64,000 bases of DNA. It comes from Gemmatimonadales bacterium (GTDB lineage: Bacteria; Gemmatimonadota; Gemmatimonadetes; Gemmatimonadales; GWC2-71-9). The position numbers and the translations under genes are program-made. The stretch lies in contig OZ252244.1 of NCBI GenBank assembly GCA_965249575.1, positions 1,664,001 to 1,728,000 on the forward strand, given 5' to 3'. Below, piece after piece: positions 1 to 10,791 of the stretch. Position 1 is the first letter of the stretch. The number at the start of each line of letters is the position of its first letter. The notes under the pieces were generated by a model. That model saw only the letters and a program-made list of their open reading frames with translations, searched no databases and had not been told where the DNA came from.

Positions 1-1557
1 CAGCGAGAGGCCAGAACGGCCGCCCGCCTAGAGCACCCACACATCATCCCCATCTATCGGGTCGGCCGAGCCGACAACGTGATCTATTTCACCATGAAGT
101 TCCTGCGCGGGGAGTCGCTCGCCCGCTCGATCACCCGGGAGTCGCTTCAGCCACACGAGATCCGCAGGCTGCTCAAAGAAGCCGGTAGCGCCCTTGGGTA
201 TGCACACCAGCACGGCGTCGTCCACCGAGACGTGAAACCCGACAACATCATGTTTCACGAATCGGGACACGTCGTAGTGTGTGATTTTGGCATTGCGAAA
301 GCCGCGTCGGAGTCGAAGCTCACGGGCACCGGTACGACGATCGGCACGCCGCACTATATGAGCCCGGAACAGGCCCGGGCCCATAAGGTCGACGGCCGCT
401 CCGATCTCTACTCACTCGGTGTGGTGGCCTACAAGTGCCTCACCGGCCGCGTGCCCTTCGACGCCGAGGATTCCTTCGCCATCGGCATCAAGCACATCAC
501 CGAGCCACTCCCGAGACCCGAGCTCGAGACACCAGAGCACGAAGCGATTTTCGGCGTCGTCGCACGGCTCATGGAAAAAGAGCCTGATGATCGCTTCCCC
601 AACGCCGAAGAGATGATTCGTGCTGTCGAGGAGCTGGGTCCCACGTTCAGCTCCGCTCCGGCAATCAGCGCTTCCGCGATTCCGACCGCGTCCGTAGACT
701 CGAGCGCGCCCACGCAATACGAAAGACCGGCTGAAACGCCGGAAACGCCTACCACCCCAATGCCGCCTTCATCAGTCGAGCCACCGCCGGCTCGAAAGCA
801 TGGCTCGGCACCACGTGGCAGGAGACCCAGCCATATCCCAGCCCTCGTCAGCGCGGCGGTGCTGATCGTGGGGGTCGGGGGCGGGTGGCTTGCTCTGAAC
901 CGCGGCTCCACCCCAGCTGGACCCCCGGGTTCCACCCCAGCCGTAACCATCGCCGGCGGGCCGAGCGAGGCCGCGACGGCGACGGATCCCCCGGCCGGTA
1001 ACCGGTCGGCAGCGACGGAGGGCGAAGCGGCACCGACCCTCTCCCCCGACGCACAACCGGTTCGGGCGGTCGCGCCACCCGAGCGCCCCTCCGAGCCCAA
1101 CGTGAGGACGGACCGGCAGCCGCCCACCGAGCCAGCCAACAGGACGAGGGCGCCGATCACGCCTGCGGTTCCCCCTCCCCCGGTCGCCGACTCACCCGGA
1201 GCGCGCGCCATCGCTCCGCGGGAGCTTCGGGACACGGCACCGACGCGACCATTGGCCGATCCGACCCCGCCGGACCCGGGCGCACGCCCCGCCCCGAGAC
1301 CGGGGCAGCTCGTGGACTCGCTGAAGGCCAGGGCCGAAAAGGCGAATGTGGGTCTCTTGCGAATTCGTGGGTTGGCCGGCGGGGCGAAACTCTACATCGA
1401 CGGTAAGCTTCAGACCCGACTGAGCCACACCCTCCCCGTGGGCCCGCACGTGATCCGCGTCGAGCGGGACGGTTACGAAACGTTCGAGCGACGGGTCGAG
1501 ATAAAGGCGGGAGAAGCGACCAGGGTGCGGGTGATGCAGAGCCGAAGGGACGACTAG
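1..1557 (+). CDS. Hanks-type Ser/Thr protein kinase with TM helix, Pro-rich linker and C-terminal PEGA-like domain (5' end outside window)
   Basis: Frame open from base 1 (QREARTAARLEHPHIIPIY); HRDVKPDN, DFGIAK, GTPHYMSPEQ motifs; TM ALVSAAVLIVGVGGGWL; C-terminal GAKLYIDG...GPHVIRVERDGY. Confidence 0.95.
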   Translation, partial: QREARTAARLEHPHIIPIYRVGRADNVIYFTMKFLRGESLARSITRESLQPHEIRRLLKEAGSALGYAHQHGVVHRDVKPDNIMFHESGHVVVCDFGIAKAASESKLTGTGTTIGTPHYMSPEQARAHKVDGRSDLYSLGVVAYKCLTGRVPFDAEDSFAIGIKHITEPLPRPELETPEHEAIFGVVARLMEKEPDDRFPNAEEMIRAVEELGPTFSSAPAISASAIPTASVDSSAPTQYERPAETPETPTTPMPPSSVEPPPARKHGSAPRGRRPSHIPALVSAAVLIVGVGGGWLALNRGSTPAGPPGSTPAVTIAGGPSEAATATDPPAGNRSAATEGEAAPTLSPDAQPVRAVAPPERPSEPNVRTDRQPPTEPANRTRAPITPAVPPPPVADSPGARAIAPRELRDTAPTRPLADPTPPDPGARPAPRPGQLVDSLKARAEKANVGLLRIRGLAGGAKLYIDGKLQTRLSHTLPVGPHVIRVERDGYETFERRVEIKAGEATRVRVMQSRRDD

Positions 1558-1566
1558 CCTGCCCCT

Positions 1567-1955
1567 CTAACGGCCGGCTCCATCACGGAGGGCTCGCCTC
1601 GCCAAACCGGTGCTCGCAGCTGGAGCCGCAACCCGCATTTCGATTTCCAGGGTGTCCCCTCCCGACAACCGAGCGGAGTATACGGTGACCGCCCCACGAA
1701 CACCTGCGACGCTCAGCAGGAGCTCCCCATCCTGCCGGACTATGCCGGCGGCCGCAAACCCATCATGCTCTCCGGTCACGTGTTGGGGGTCTTGCTGAAA
1801 CAGGCATAATGGGGTTTGGTCGGCGAACGACCAGGTCCCAGTGAACGGGTAGACCGCCTCGCGCGCCGATGCCGCCCGGCACTTCTGCGCCGCTCCAGCA
1901 CCACACGCCGGCTGGATCAGCACCGTCGCCAGGGCCGCTCGGGCGACCCCCCGGA
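1567..1955 (-). CDS. Possible small exported hypothetical protein (start uncertain)
   Basis: 3' part of ORF 1567..2217 reads as hydrophobic leader plus beta-rich domain (FTGTWSF...ELLLSVAG...TLEIEMRV); no clear start codon. Confidence 0.35.
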
Positions 1956-2336
1956 TCAGGACGCTCCGGGCTCCCGCTGCAAGGTCACGTTGCACACGTC
2001 CCCATCGAGGCTGTGCCAAGAACCGGTAGCGGCATCGACGACCACGGGGATCAACCCGAACAGGACGTCCAGGACCACCCAGCCGGCCCCGACCTTTCGG
2101 TTGAGCCGGCAGGAAACCTCCTGGTAGCCATCCATGATAAACACGACCACGTGCTCGTGCTTGTGGTCCAGCGTGATGGACACCGGGGTTGTTCCAGCCC
2201 GGTTGCCGTCGATCCACACCTCCGCTCCGGAGGGGTTCGAGTTCATCGAGACCGACGTAGTCTTCCTGGCCAAGATCGTGGCGCAGCCTAGGAACGCGGG
2301 AACCAGCAACATGCCGACGATCATTCTGGCGCTCAT
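1956..2336 (-). CDS. PEGA-domain lipoprotein
   Basis: Lipobox FLGC; SNPSGAEVWIDG..GTTP PEGA motif; C-terminal hydrophobic GLIPVVVDAATG. Confidence 0.85.
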   Translation of the reverse strand: MSARMIVGMLLVPAFLGCATILARKTTSVSMNSNPSGAEVWIDGNRAGTTPVSITLDHKHEHVVVFIMDGYQEVSCRLNRKVGAGWVVLDVLFGLIPVVVDAATGSWHSLDGDVCNVTLQREPGAS

Positions 2337-2463
2337 AGCGGGTTTATCCCTCGAAGGTGTGGTTGGGAGCGCGACTCAGCGCCGGGATAACCGCAATGTT
2401 TGGGAGTCCGTCACAACTGTCAAGCGAAACTCGGGGAGGTGGGGCCAAGCACGCCTCAGCGAC

Positions 2464-3885
2464 TCAAGCTACGGGCCCTCCACCGGTGGTAGGTAGCCAG
2501 AAAACGAACGTGCTCCCTTCTCCCGGTGAGCTTCGCACGCTGATGTTTCCACCCTGCAGCTCCGCCAACAGACGGGCGATGGTGAGCCCGAGTCCCGCAC
2601 CCCCGTGCGCTCGACTACGAGAGCGATCCACGCGATAGAAGCGGTCAAAGATATGATCGAGATGGTCCGGGCCGATGCCACACCCGGTGTCGCGAACCGC
2701 CACCCCGATCATCCCATCCGCTCGGTCCAGCGAGAAGGTAACGGTCCCGTCGACCGTATATCGGACGGCGTTCGATGCGAGATTGAGTAAGACTTGGCGT
2801 GCCCGATTCGGATCCCCGATCGCGCGCGCAGGGTCGTTCACGTCGGCGCGCACCTCGAGCTCGCGGCTTGCCCCCATGGCCTGCGCGATCTCTTCCACCT
2901 CGAGCACCAGTGGGACCAGGTCGAACTCGAGATTCTCCATCGGCAGCTGGCGGTTGTCCCCGCGGGCGATGAGTAGCAGATCTTCCACCATGCGCGCCGT
3001 CTGTTCAACCTCCCTCGTGATCGCGGCGAGTGACTCGTGCATCTCGTCCACGGCCCGATTATCGGCGAGTGCCCATTGTGCCTGGGCTCGTAGGTGCGTG
3101 AGCGGTGTCCGAAGCTCGTGGCTCGCGTCGGCCGTGAAGGCTTCCAACGCGCGGTGCGAGCGCTCGACTCGCTCGATCAGTCGATTGAGCGCGTTCGCGA
3201 GCTCGGTCACCTCCGCCACACCGGTCGGGGTGCCGACTCGGCGGCTCAAGTCGTGAGGGCCGATCGCCTGGGTTTCCTCGACGACCCTGGCCATCGGCGC
3301 CAGTGCCCGAGTGACGGCGCGGCCGCTCGAGACCCGGGCCACCAGCGCAGTCAGTGGCAGCAGCAGCAGCGCCGCCCCGCCAAGGCCCAGCAACGCAAGC
3401 ACACCGGGTAGGCGGCTCCCCGCGACGAAGATGTCGAACTCCGAAGCGCGACGGTGCAGAACGCGATAACGCCACCGGCCTCGCTCCGCAATGACGCTGA
3501 CGACCTGCTCCCTGACCTCACCTGCCGAGGCCCCCGCAGCGAGCGATTCGATCTCCTTTGCGGGCATCGTGGGGGACAGGAAGTACACCTTCCTCCCGGC
3601 TCCATCGGACGAGACTGTGCGCGTAATCAGGAATCGCTCTCCCATCCCCAGGAGTTGGTCCGCCAGCATGACGGGGGCGACGGTGGTCCGCTCACCCCCC
3701 GGATCAGCATAGAGGCCGAGGAGCGATTCGATAACGTCCGCCGCCTCCTCGAGCGACCGTCGGAGACTCAGCTCGTTCATCGCCGCGAACACGGTGATTA
3801 CGAGCCCCGCATACGCCGCGAGGGTCGACCACACCAAGCGGTTGAAGCGTACGGTCAGGATTCGTCCCAGGCGGGGTTCGATCAC
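2464..3885 (-). CDS. Membrane sensor histidine kinase (HAMP-HisKA-HATPase)
   Basis: Two TM segments; H-box ADASHELRTP; N-box NLASNAVRY; DTGCGI and GAGLGL G-boxes; overlaps regulator stop by 4 nt. Confidence 0.95.
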   Translation of the reverse strand: MIEPRLGRILTVRFNRLVWSTLAAYAGLVITVFAAMNELSLRRSLEEAADVIESLLGLYADPGGERTTVAPVMLADQLLGMGERFLITRTVSSDGAGRKVYFLSPTMPAKEIESLAAGASAGEVREQVVSVIAERGRWRYRVLHRRASEFDIFVAGSRLPGVLALLGLGGAALLLLPLTALVARVSSGRAVTRALAPMARVVEETQAIGPHDLSRRVGTPTGVAEVTELANALNRLIERVERSHRALEAFTADASHELRTPLTHLRAQAQWALADNRAVDEMHESLAAITREVEQTARMVEDLLLIARGDNRQLPMENLEFDLVPLVLEVEEIAQAMGASRELEVRADVNDPARAIGDPNRARQVLLNLASNAVRYTVDGTVTFSLDRADGMIGVAVRDTGCGIGPDHLDHIFDRFYRVDRSRSRAHGGAGLGLTIARLLAELQGGNISVRSSPGEGSTFVFWLPTTGGGPVA

Positions 3886-4556
3886 GTCGCCTCCAATCGA
3901 TATCCCACGCCTCGGACTGTCCGGATCATCGCACCTGTAGATCCATACGCGACTTTCTTACGCAGGTAGTTGATGTACACGTCGACCACGTTCGTTTCCG
4001 TATCAAAATGATAATCCCAGACCGCCTCGGCGATCCGAGACCGGGAAACCGTGCGTCCCGCGTTTCGCATGAGGAACTCCAGGAGGGCGAACTCACGGGC
4101 GCTCAAGTCAACCGCTCGACTGTCCTTCGTGACTCTTCGCTTCAACGGATCGATCGTGATATCGCCAGCCGACAGAATCGTGTCCTGATGACGCAGACGT
4201 GCTCGCCGCACCAGGGCGAGCACGCGCGCGAGAAGCTCCGGCAGGTCGAATGGCTTGGTCAGGTAGTCATCAGCCCCGCCCTCTAGTCCTCGAACCCTGG
4301 CCTCGAGCTCGTCGCGCGCGGTGAGCAGCAGAATCGGTGTCGTGACGCCACGCTCCCGGAGTTCGGTCACGACACTGAATCCGTCGCGGCCCGGCAGCAT
4401 GACGTCGAGCACAATGCAGCCGTACTTGACCTCCAGGGCGCGCTCGAGCGCTCGATCACCGGACTCCGCCGTGTCCACGGCGTAGCCCTCCTCCTTGAAC
4501 GCCCGCTTGAGAAACCCGCGGAGGTTCCGGTCGTCCTCTACAAGCAACATCCGCAT
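3882..4556 (-). CDS. OmpR/PhoB-family response regulator
   Basis: LLVEDD, LDVMLPG, ADDYLTKPF receiver motifs; winged-helix end VVDVYINYLRKK..IRTVRGVGY. Confidence 0.95.
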   Translation of the reverse strand: MRMLLVEDDRNLRGFLKRAFKEEGYAVDTAESGDRALERALEVKYGCIVLDVMLPGRDGFSVVTELRERGVTTPILLLTARDELEARVRGLEGGADDYLTKPFDLPELLARVLALVRRARLRHQDTILSAGDITIDPLKRRVTKDSRAVDLSAREFALLEFLMRNAGRTVSRSRIAEAVWDYHFDTETNVVDVYINYLRKKVAYGSTGAMIRTVRGVGYRLEAT

Positions 4557-4716
4557 GCTGTGAAGCTAGGGGCATTCGGTTCGGACGGGCAACGGGAAGC
4601 CATGACGATTAGAGGATTCTAACGGAGGCTGACAAGAACGGTCCGACGGCCGGTCCGGTTGACGTCGGGCGAACTCTCTTCCACTCTACGAATCCCCGTG
4701 CTTCTCCGGAGAACGT

Positions 4717-6367
4717 GTGATGAATCCCAGGTCGAGCTCGATCGCCTTTCACCTCCAGCAAGCGAGCACGGAGTCGGTCAGTCGCCGCATCTGCGCCTCG
4801 CTTGTCCTGGCGACAACGCTCGCGGCCATCTCCGCACGACAGGTCGAAGCCCAGGATCGGCTTGCAGATCTCAAAGCGGAGGCGCTGGCGGCTGTCGACC
4901 GGATGAGCGGTTTTACACAGCAGATGGTGGACATGGTGTTCAGTTTCGGCGAGTTGGGATTTCAGGAAGTCGAGACATCGCGCTATTTGGTCGGAATTCT
5001 CCGGGAACACGGATTCACGATCGAGGAAGGGATCGCCGGAATCCCGACCGCCTGGATAGCCACTTGGGGTTCGGGCCGACCGGTCATCTCCTTGGGATCG
5101 GACCTTGATGGAATACCTCAATCCTCACAGAAGCCCGGAGTCGCCTTTCGCGCGCCGCTCATCGAGGGGGCACCCGGCCACGGGGAAGGGCACAACTCCG
5201 GCCAAGCGGTGAACATCACGGCCGCAGTTGCGGTCAAGGAGATCATGGCACGTGAGGGGCTCTCCGGAACGATCAGGATTTGGCCCGGTGTCGCCGAAGA
5301 GCTCCTGGGAACCAAGGCGTACCTCGTCCGTTCCGGATACTTTCGCGGCACGGACGCTGTTTTGTTCTCCCATGTGAGTAGCAACTTGAGCACGTCTTGG
5401 GGGTCGGCGTCCGGCAGCGGTCTGATCTCGGTCGAGTTCAGCTTCGAAGGACGCACTGCCCATTCGGCGGGATCGCCGTGGCGCGGCCGAAGCGCCCTCG
5501 ACGCCATCGAGCTGATGGGCATCGCGTGGAATTTTCGCCGCGAGCACTTGCGCCCCCAGCATCGCGTGCACTACGTCATCCGGGACGGGGGTGACCAGCC
5601 CAACGTCGTTCCCCGGACCGCATCGGCCTGGTATTACTTTCGCGAGATCGACTACCCGCACATTCAGGAGCTGTTTGCCGTCGGCGACTCGATCGCCCGG
5701 GCGGCGGCGATGATGACCGGCACCCGTTTGACACAAACCCGAATCCTGGGCACGGCCTGGCCACGGCACTTCAACAAGCCCATAGCGCTCGCCATGACCA
5801 AGAACATCGAGCGCATTGGATTGCCCACATGGAGTGAGGCCGATCAATCTCTTGCGAAGGCGGTCCAGAAGGAGCTCGGACAGGACGATCGGGGCCTCGA
5901 CACCACGCTGCGCGAGTTGGCTGCGCCGGTCGACCCCGAAGACAACCGAGGAGGCGGCTCTGACGACATCGGCGACATCTCGTGGACGGTGCCGACGGTG
6001 ACCCTCAGGTTCCCGTCGAACATCCCGGGACTTCCCGGCCATCACTTGGTCGAGCGCGATCGCCATGGCGACACCGCTGGCACACAAGGGCGCGACGGCC
6101 GGCGCCAAGGCGCAGGCCCTCACCATGCTGGACCTGCTGCTCGAGCCCGGCCTGGTGGACAGCGCATGGGCATACTTTCGGGACGTTCAGACGAAGGAAA
6201 CGGACTACCAGCCACTCATCCGCCCGGGTGACGAGCCGGCCATCGAGCTCAATGTGGGCGTGATGAGCCGTTACCGTGACGAAATGCAGAAGTACTACTA
6301 CGACCCGACTCGCTACGGGACATACCTGGAGCAGCTGGGCATCAGCTACCCCACGCTCGAGAACTAG
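4717..6367 (+). CDS. Secreted M20-family amidohydrolase (AbgB-like), split by a 1-nt insertion near 6046
   Basis: GHGEGHN, PGVAEE, AHSAGSPW.GRSALDA, GGSDDIGD motifs; removing one T from CACTTGGTCG joins GLPGHH-WSSAIAMATPLAHKG to ORF 6065..6367. Confidence 0.85.
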
Positions 6368-6593
6368 ACACCGGGAAGCCACGGCTCCTGGCTCGCGCGA
6401 CCAGGCCGGGTCCACGACCTCAACAAACCCACAGCTGGGCGCTGCGGGTATGATCAAGCGGGACGTTCGCGGACCGCTCGTGTTCCTTTCATGCGGTGCG
6501 CTACAGCCATGCACTGCACGGAGCCAGCCGACGGCCCGGGTGGCAGGCTCGGTGCCCACCGTGGTTACATGGATCTACATCGAAAGGGGAAGC

Positions 6594-7493
6594 GTGCCCG
6601 AAACCGACGACAAGGCGTCGCGCTCCGACGCCGACGTGGAACGCCTTCGCGGTCACGTCGCGGCCCTGGAGGGCCCACGCCACCCGCGTTCTTCCCCCGC
6701 GGAGCTCCAGGCGGCGGAGGACTATGTCGCCGAGCATCTGGGCGCACTGGGCATCGCAACCGAGCGCCGCGCGTTTCAATTCGGCGGCGCCGAGTTTCAA
6801 AACGTCGTGGGGATCATCCAAGGAACCGACCCCGATCGACCGAGAGTGCTGGTGGGCGCTCATTTCGATTCGGTCGCGTCAACACCGGGCGCCGACGACA
6901 ACGCCAGCGGCGTCGCTGCATTGATCGAGACCGCTCGGCTGCTGGCCCATCGAGCGCTTAAGTCAACGGTCGAGTTCGTGGGATTCAATCTCGAGGAGGC
7001 GCAGGGCGTTACCTACCGGGTGGGGAGCCGGAGGTATGCCTCGGAAGCGAAACGACGCGGCGTTGGCTACGCGGGGGCGCTGATTCTCGAGATGGTGGGA
7101 TACACCGATACCAGTCCGGGCTCCCAGCGCGTGCCCGCGTCGCTGTTTTGGAAGCGCGTGCCCCGGACCGGTACATTCCTCGCCGCCACCGGCGACCGTC
7201 GTTCAGCGCGCCTGTTGCGCCGCTTCGCGCGTACAGCGGCCACATGCGTACCGGACCTCGCGGTGATCACGTTTCGATCGCCATTCAGGGGGTGGGTGGT
7301 TCCGCACACGCGGCTCTCCGACAACGCGGCGTTCTGGGATGTTGGGTATCCATCACTGATGCTCACCGATACCGCGTTCCTTCGCAATCCACACTACCAC
7401 ATGCCGAGCGACCGCGGTATCACGCTCGACTACACGTTCATGGCCCGGGTAACCGAGGCGGTGGCGTGCGCGGTGCGCGATCTCGCGGGTTGA
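6594..7493 (+). CDS. M28-family metallopeptidase
   Basis: GAHFDS, PGADDNASG, NLEE, LEMVG, PHYH motifs; GTG start after AAGGGGA. Confidence 0.9.
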   Translation: MPETDDKASRSDADVERLRGHVAALEGPRHPRSSPAELQAAEDYVAEHLGALGIATERRAFQFGGAEFQNVVGIIQGTDPDRPRVLVGAHFDSVASTPGADDNASGVAALIETARLLAHRALKSTVEFVGFNLEEAQGVTYRVGSRRYASEAKRRGVGYAGALILEMVGYTDTSPGSQRVPASLFWKRVPRTGTFLAATGDRRSARLLRRFARTAATCVPDLAVITFRSPFRGWVVPHTRLSDNAAFWDVGYPSLMLTDTAFLRNPHYHMPSDRGITLDYTFMARVTEAVACAVRDLAG

Positions 7494-7525
7494 CAGGCCG
7501 GGGACTCGTGCAGTTGGAAGCGCAG

Positions 7526-9163
7526 CTACTGTGGCACGAACTCCGGCCACGGAATCAGCCGGCCGGTACCCCCGATCTCATCGTACAGAATGCGGAGTTC
7601 CTCGGGCGCTACCTGTAGGCGGTCGGATCCCATGAACTCGAAGATCGCCTCGGCGGTCATTTCGACCGAGAGCATATCATCGACACCCGCCCGAAAGCCG
7701 GCCTCATTCCACACTGACTCACCGTTCTCCGCCTCGGTGCGCACGCGTGCACCCCGGACCATGGCGTCGACAGCATCGGACGTGAGCGGGCTTTTGATGC
7801 CCAGCCCACCAACGAGCTGTTCGACCATGATGAGGCCCATCACGTAGGACGTTTTCCACGACCACGAGTGTTCCGGCCGGTTCGCCGAGAGGTTCTCTTT
7901 CTCCCGTGCCAGCCATTCGCCGACGAATCCGACGATCTGGCTGGATTCGATGCCGTAAGACGGCGAGACCATGTCCCAGTGATTGGTGGCCACGGCGACT
8001 GCGGCGTCGAAGTTCGGGTACGCCCGGAAGTCGTTTCGCCAGCCGAACATGTGGGCTCCACCGTGCCCGAAACTGAACTTCGGCTGGCCCTGGTCGCTGA
8101 GGAACCACACCAAGCCGATGACCGGGGGCTGGATACCCTCTTGCTGTTGCCGTAGCCTCGCCACCGGGCCCGTTCGGGCTGCCCGGGGACCGAGCATCAA
8201 ACGCACCGTGTGTGGCTCGAGCAGCTGATACCCGTTGTAGGTGCCGTCGTTGAGATAGGCGAGCAGGAGCTTGACGTGGTCGCCCGGAGTGGTCACGACC
8301 GTCCCCGCGGGATAGGCACCAAAGTAAATGGCCGGAGTCGGAATGTGAACCGGCCCGAAGCGCGCGTATCCGGTCGACATACGCTCGTAAATGTCCGGCC
8401 GGACGTGCTCCGCATTCTGCACGGGTGGATACTGACTCGACGTCATCCCAAGCGGATCCATGATGTGTCTCTGGACATACTCCGAAAAGCTCAGGCCGTC
8501 GGGGTTGGTTACTTCGACCAGATACCCAAGCGTCGCGATGCCGAAGTTGGAATACTGAAACCGCTCTCCAACCTTGGCGCTCCAGCGGGGGAGCAGCGAT
8601 CGGTCGTAACTCTCGAACATGTCCTCCGCGTATTCATCGCGGAGGAACTCACCGAGCGGCTTGGGCACCGCGAACTCACTGCCCGCCGCGCCGCTCGTGA
8701 GCCCGCTCCGATGGGTCATGAGGTCGTAGACGGTGATCTCCCGCTCGCCCAGATGGTTGTGGATTTGAAAATCGGTCAGGTGCTTGTTGATGGGATCGTG
8801 CAGCCCCATGATCCCCCGCTCGACGAGCTGCATGACGGCAGTTGCCGTGTAGGTCTTGCCCATCGACCCCGACCGCATGACGGTATGGGCGGCCATCGGG
8901 ATTTCGCGCTCGAGATCGGCAAATCCAAACCCTTTCTCCCAGATCACCTTCCCGCGGCGCGCGACTGCCAGGTTCAAACCCGGCGTGTTGTGCTGTCGCA
9001 TGACGTGGGGGACGTAACTCTCGAGCGCTGCGATCAGCCGCCGGTCGGTTTCCGTGAGCGCTTCCTGCGCCAACGCCGGTACGCCCTGGCCAGCGACGAG
9101 CGCGAACAGCAGTCCGACGATCGATTTCCGCACGCGGATGCTCGCGTTGATCTCCGTTGACAT
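7526..9163 (-). CDS. Secreted serine hydrolase, beta-lactamase/PBP-like, with C-terminal extension
   Basis: Signal peptide; SMGK (SxxK), LMTHRSGL, YSN, HGG motifs. Confidence 0.9.
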   Translation of the reverse strand: MSTEINASIRVRKSIVGLLFALVAGQGVPALAQEALTETDRRLIAALESYVPHVMRQHNTPGLNLAVARRGKVIWEKGFGFADLEREIPMAAHTVMRSGSMGKTYTATAVMQLVERGIMGLHDPINKHLTDFQIHNHLGEREITVYDLMTHRSGLTSGAAGSEFAVPKPLGEFLRDEYAEDMFESYDRSLLPRWSAKVGERFQYSNFGIATLGYLVEVTNPDGLSFSEYVQRHIMDPLGMTSSQYPPVQNAEHVRPDIYERMSTGYARFGPVHIPTPAIYFGAYPAGTVVTTPGDHVKLLLAYLNDGTYNGYQLLEPHTVRLMLGPRAARTGPVARLRQQQEGIQPPVIGLVWFLSDQGQPKFSFGHGGAHMFGWRNDFRAYPNFDAAVAVATNHWDMVSPSYGIESSQIVGFVGEWLAREKENLSANRPEHSWSWKTSYVMGLIMVEQLVGGLGIKSPLTSDAVDAMVRGARVRTEAENGESVWNEAGFRAGVDDMLSVEMTAEAIFEFMGSDRLQVAPEELRILYDEIGGTGRLIPWPEFVPQ

Positions 9164-9233
9164 CTTCTTCCTCCAGTCTCACCGCCGGTCATGAGGCAAG
9201 TTCGGCGGTGCACCTGCCGTGGGTCCGGTGTCG

Positions 9234-10688
9234 CTAGTCGCCCTGTGGGCCCAGGATGAGGCCTTTTCTGACCTCGTCGCTAACCTGGCTTCGAACTCTC
9301 CGCGACACGATCCAGAACAACAGTCCCAACCCGATCCCAATGAGCAGGAGCGTCCATTCGAGTGGGAACCCCCCGCGGGCGTTCACGTACGGGTCTCGCA
9401 GGGTCAGCACGAGCACGAACAGCGAACCGACGACGCCGAGGGCGGCGGTCAGGTTCCCACCCGGCACCAAGTAGGGTCGGACGTGATTCGGTCGCCGCCG
9501 TCGGAGCAGGATGACCGCCAAACAGACGAGCAGATACACGATCGAGAAGCAGATCACGGACATGTTGACGATCGGGCCGATCGCTCCGCGCCCGAGGAAC
9601 ACGCCCACACTCCCGAGCATACCGACCAGCAGCACCGCGGCGGTTGGGGAGCCGAAACCCGAATGGACGCTCGAGAAGACAGGCGGGATCATGTGGCCGC
9701 GAGACAGAGAGAACACGACCCGCGAGGCCGCGATGAAGACGGCATTCCACGTCGTGATCAGGCCGAGCATGGCCGCAATGACGATCGTCTTGGCCAGTAT
9801 CGGAGAGCCGAACGCCCGCTCGAACGCGACCACCGCCGGGAGTTGCTCGACATCGAGAAGATCTTGCCAGGGGACCACCATCGACGACGACAGGATTATG
9901 AGACAGTAGAAGATTCCGGCCGCCCCAATGGCCAACACGATCATCGTGACAGCCGTCTTGAGTGCCGTGCCGTCCGCCTTCTCCTCCATGACCTGCGGCA
10001 CGGTGTCGAACCCGGCAAGGAAAAACGGTGCCGTGATCAGCGCCGCGAACACGCCCGGCAGGATCGAGCCCGTGGCGCTCCGTTGGAAGAACGGCCGCAA
10101 GTTCTCGGTTTCTCCCCAGCCCAACCCCGCGATGATGAAAACGCTGCAGAGAATCAAAAAGACCGCCGTGAGGAGTTCCTGGACGCGCGCGGCACCCTTC
10201 ACGCCACGGTAGTTCAAGTACGTGAAGAACACCATTCCGCTGAGACCCACCAGGATCGTGCCGAGGTAGACCGGCTCGCCGGCAACGGTGTAGAGCTCGG
10301 GCCCCCTGATGCCTGGAATCAGGTTCTCGGCGAGGAGCGAGATGGAGATCGCTTCCCACGTGGTGACCGCCGTGTACACGAGAGCCAAAAGCCAGCCCGA
10401 GACGAACGCGGTCCTGGCGCCGTACGTCTCATAGGTATATGCGACCTCGCCACCCGACACCGGGAACATGCCTGCCATCTCCGCGTAGCACATCCCGATG
10501 ATGACGATGATTGCAGTGCCGGCGGCGAAGCCCACAATCGCTCCGAGCGGCCCTGCCAACTCCAACCAGTACCCCAGATAGACGACCCATCCCACCCCCA
10601 CGATGGTTCCGAATGCCAGGGCGAAGAACTGACGGGCGTCGACGGCCTTCGCGAGCTCGGCTCGCGATACGGTCGGTTCCGTGGACAT
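9234..10688 (-). CDS. APC-superfamily amino acid permease
   Basis: About 12 hydrophobic segments; GTIVGVG, YAEMAGMFPVSGGE, GFD...EE, ASRV motifs. Confidence 0.92.
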   Translation of the reverse strand: MSTEPTVSRAELAKAVDARQFFALAFGTIVGVGWVVYLGYWLELAGPLGAIVGFAAGTAIIVIIGMCYAEMAGMFPVSGGEVAYTYETYGARTAFVSGWLLALVYTAVTTWEAISISLLAENLIPGIRGPELYTVAGEPVYLGTILVGLSGMVFFTYLNYRGVKGAARVQELLTAVFLILCSVFIIAGLGWGETENLRPFFQRSATGSILPGVFAALITAPFFLAGFDTVPQVMEEKADGTALKTAVTMIVLAIGAAGIFYCLIILSSSMVVPWQDLLDVEQLPAVVAFERAFGSPILAKTIVIAAMLGLITTWNAVFIAASRVVFSLSRGHMIPPVFSSVHSGFGSPTAAVLLVGMLGSVGVFLGRGAIGPIVNMSVICFSIVYLLVCLAVILLRRRRPNHVRPYLVPGGNLTAALGVVGSLFVLVLTLRDPYVNARGGFPLEWTLLLIGIGLGLLFWIVSRRVRSQVSDEVRKGLILGPQGD

Positions 10689-10791
10689 GTTCCTCCGAGT
10701 GCTGAGTTGAGCCTGGAGAGAGCGGTCAACTTACGCGCGCAGGCCCGGGCCGCCAGGTGGGATGGTCGGGGTACGGCGCGTCATCCGTCGG

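Noticed and set aside
7526..9163. Antibiotic-resistance beta-lactamases (also 37051..38233)
   Set aside because: SxxK/YxN serine hydrolases of this type are mostly esterases or peptidases; nothing indicates resistance function
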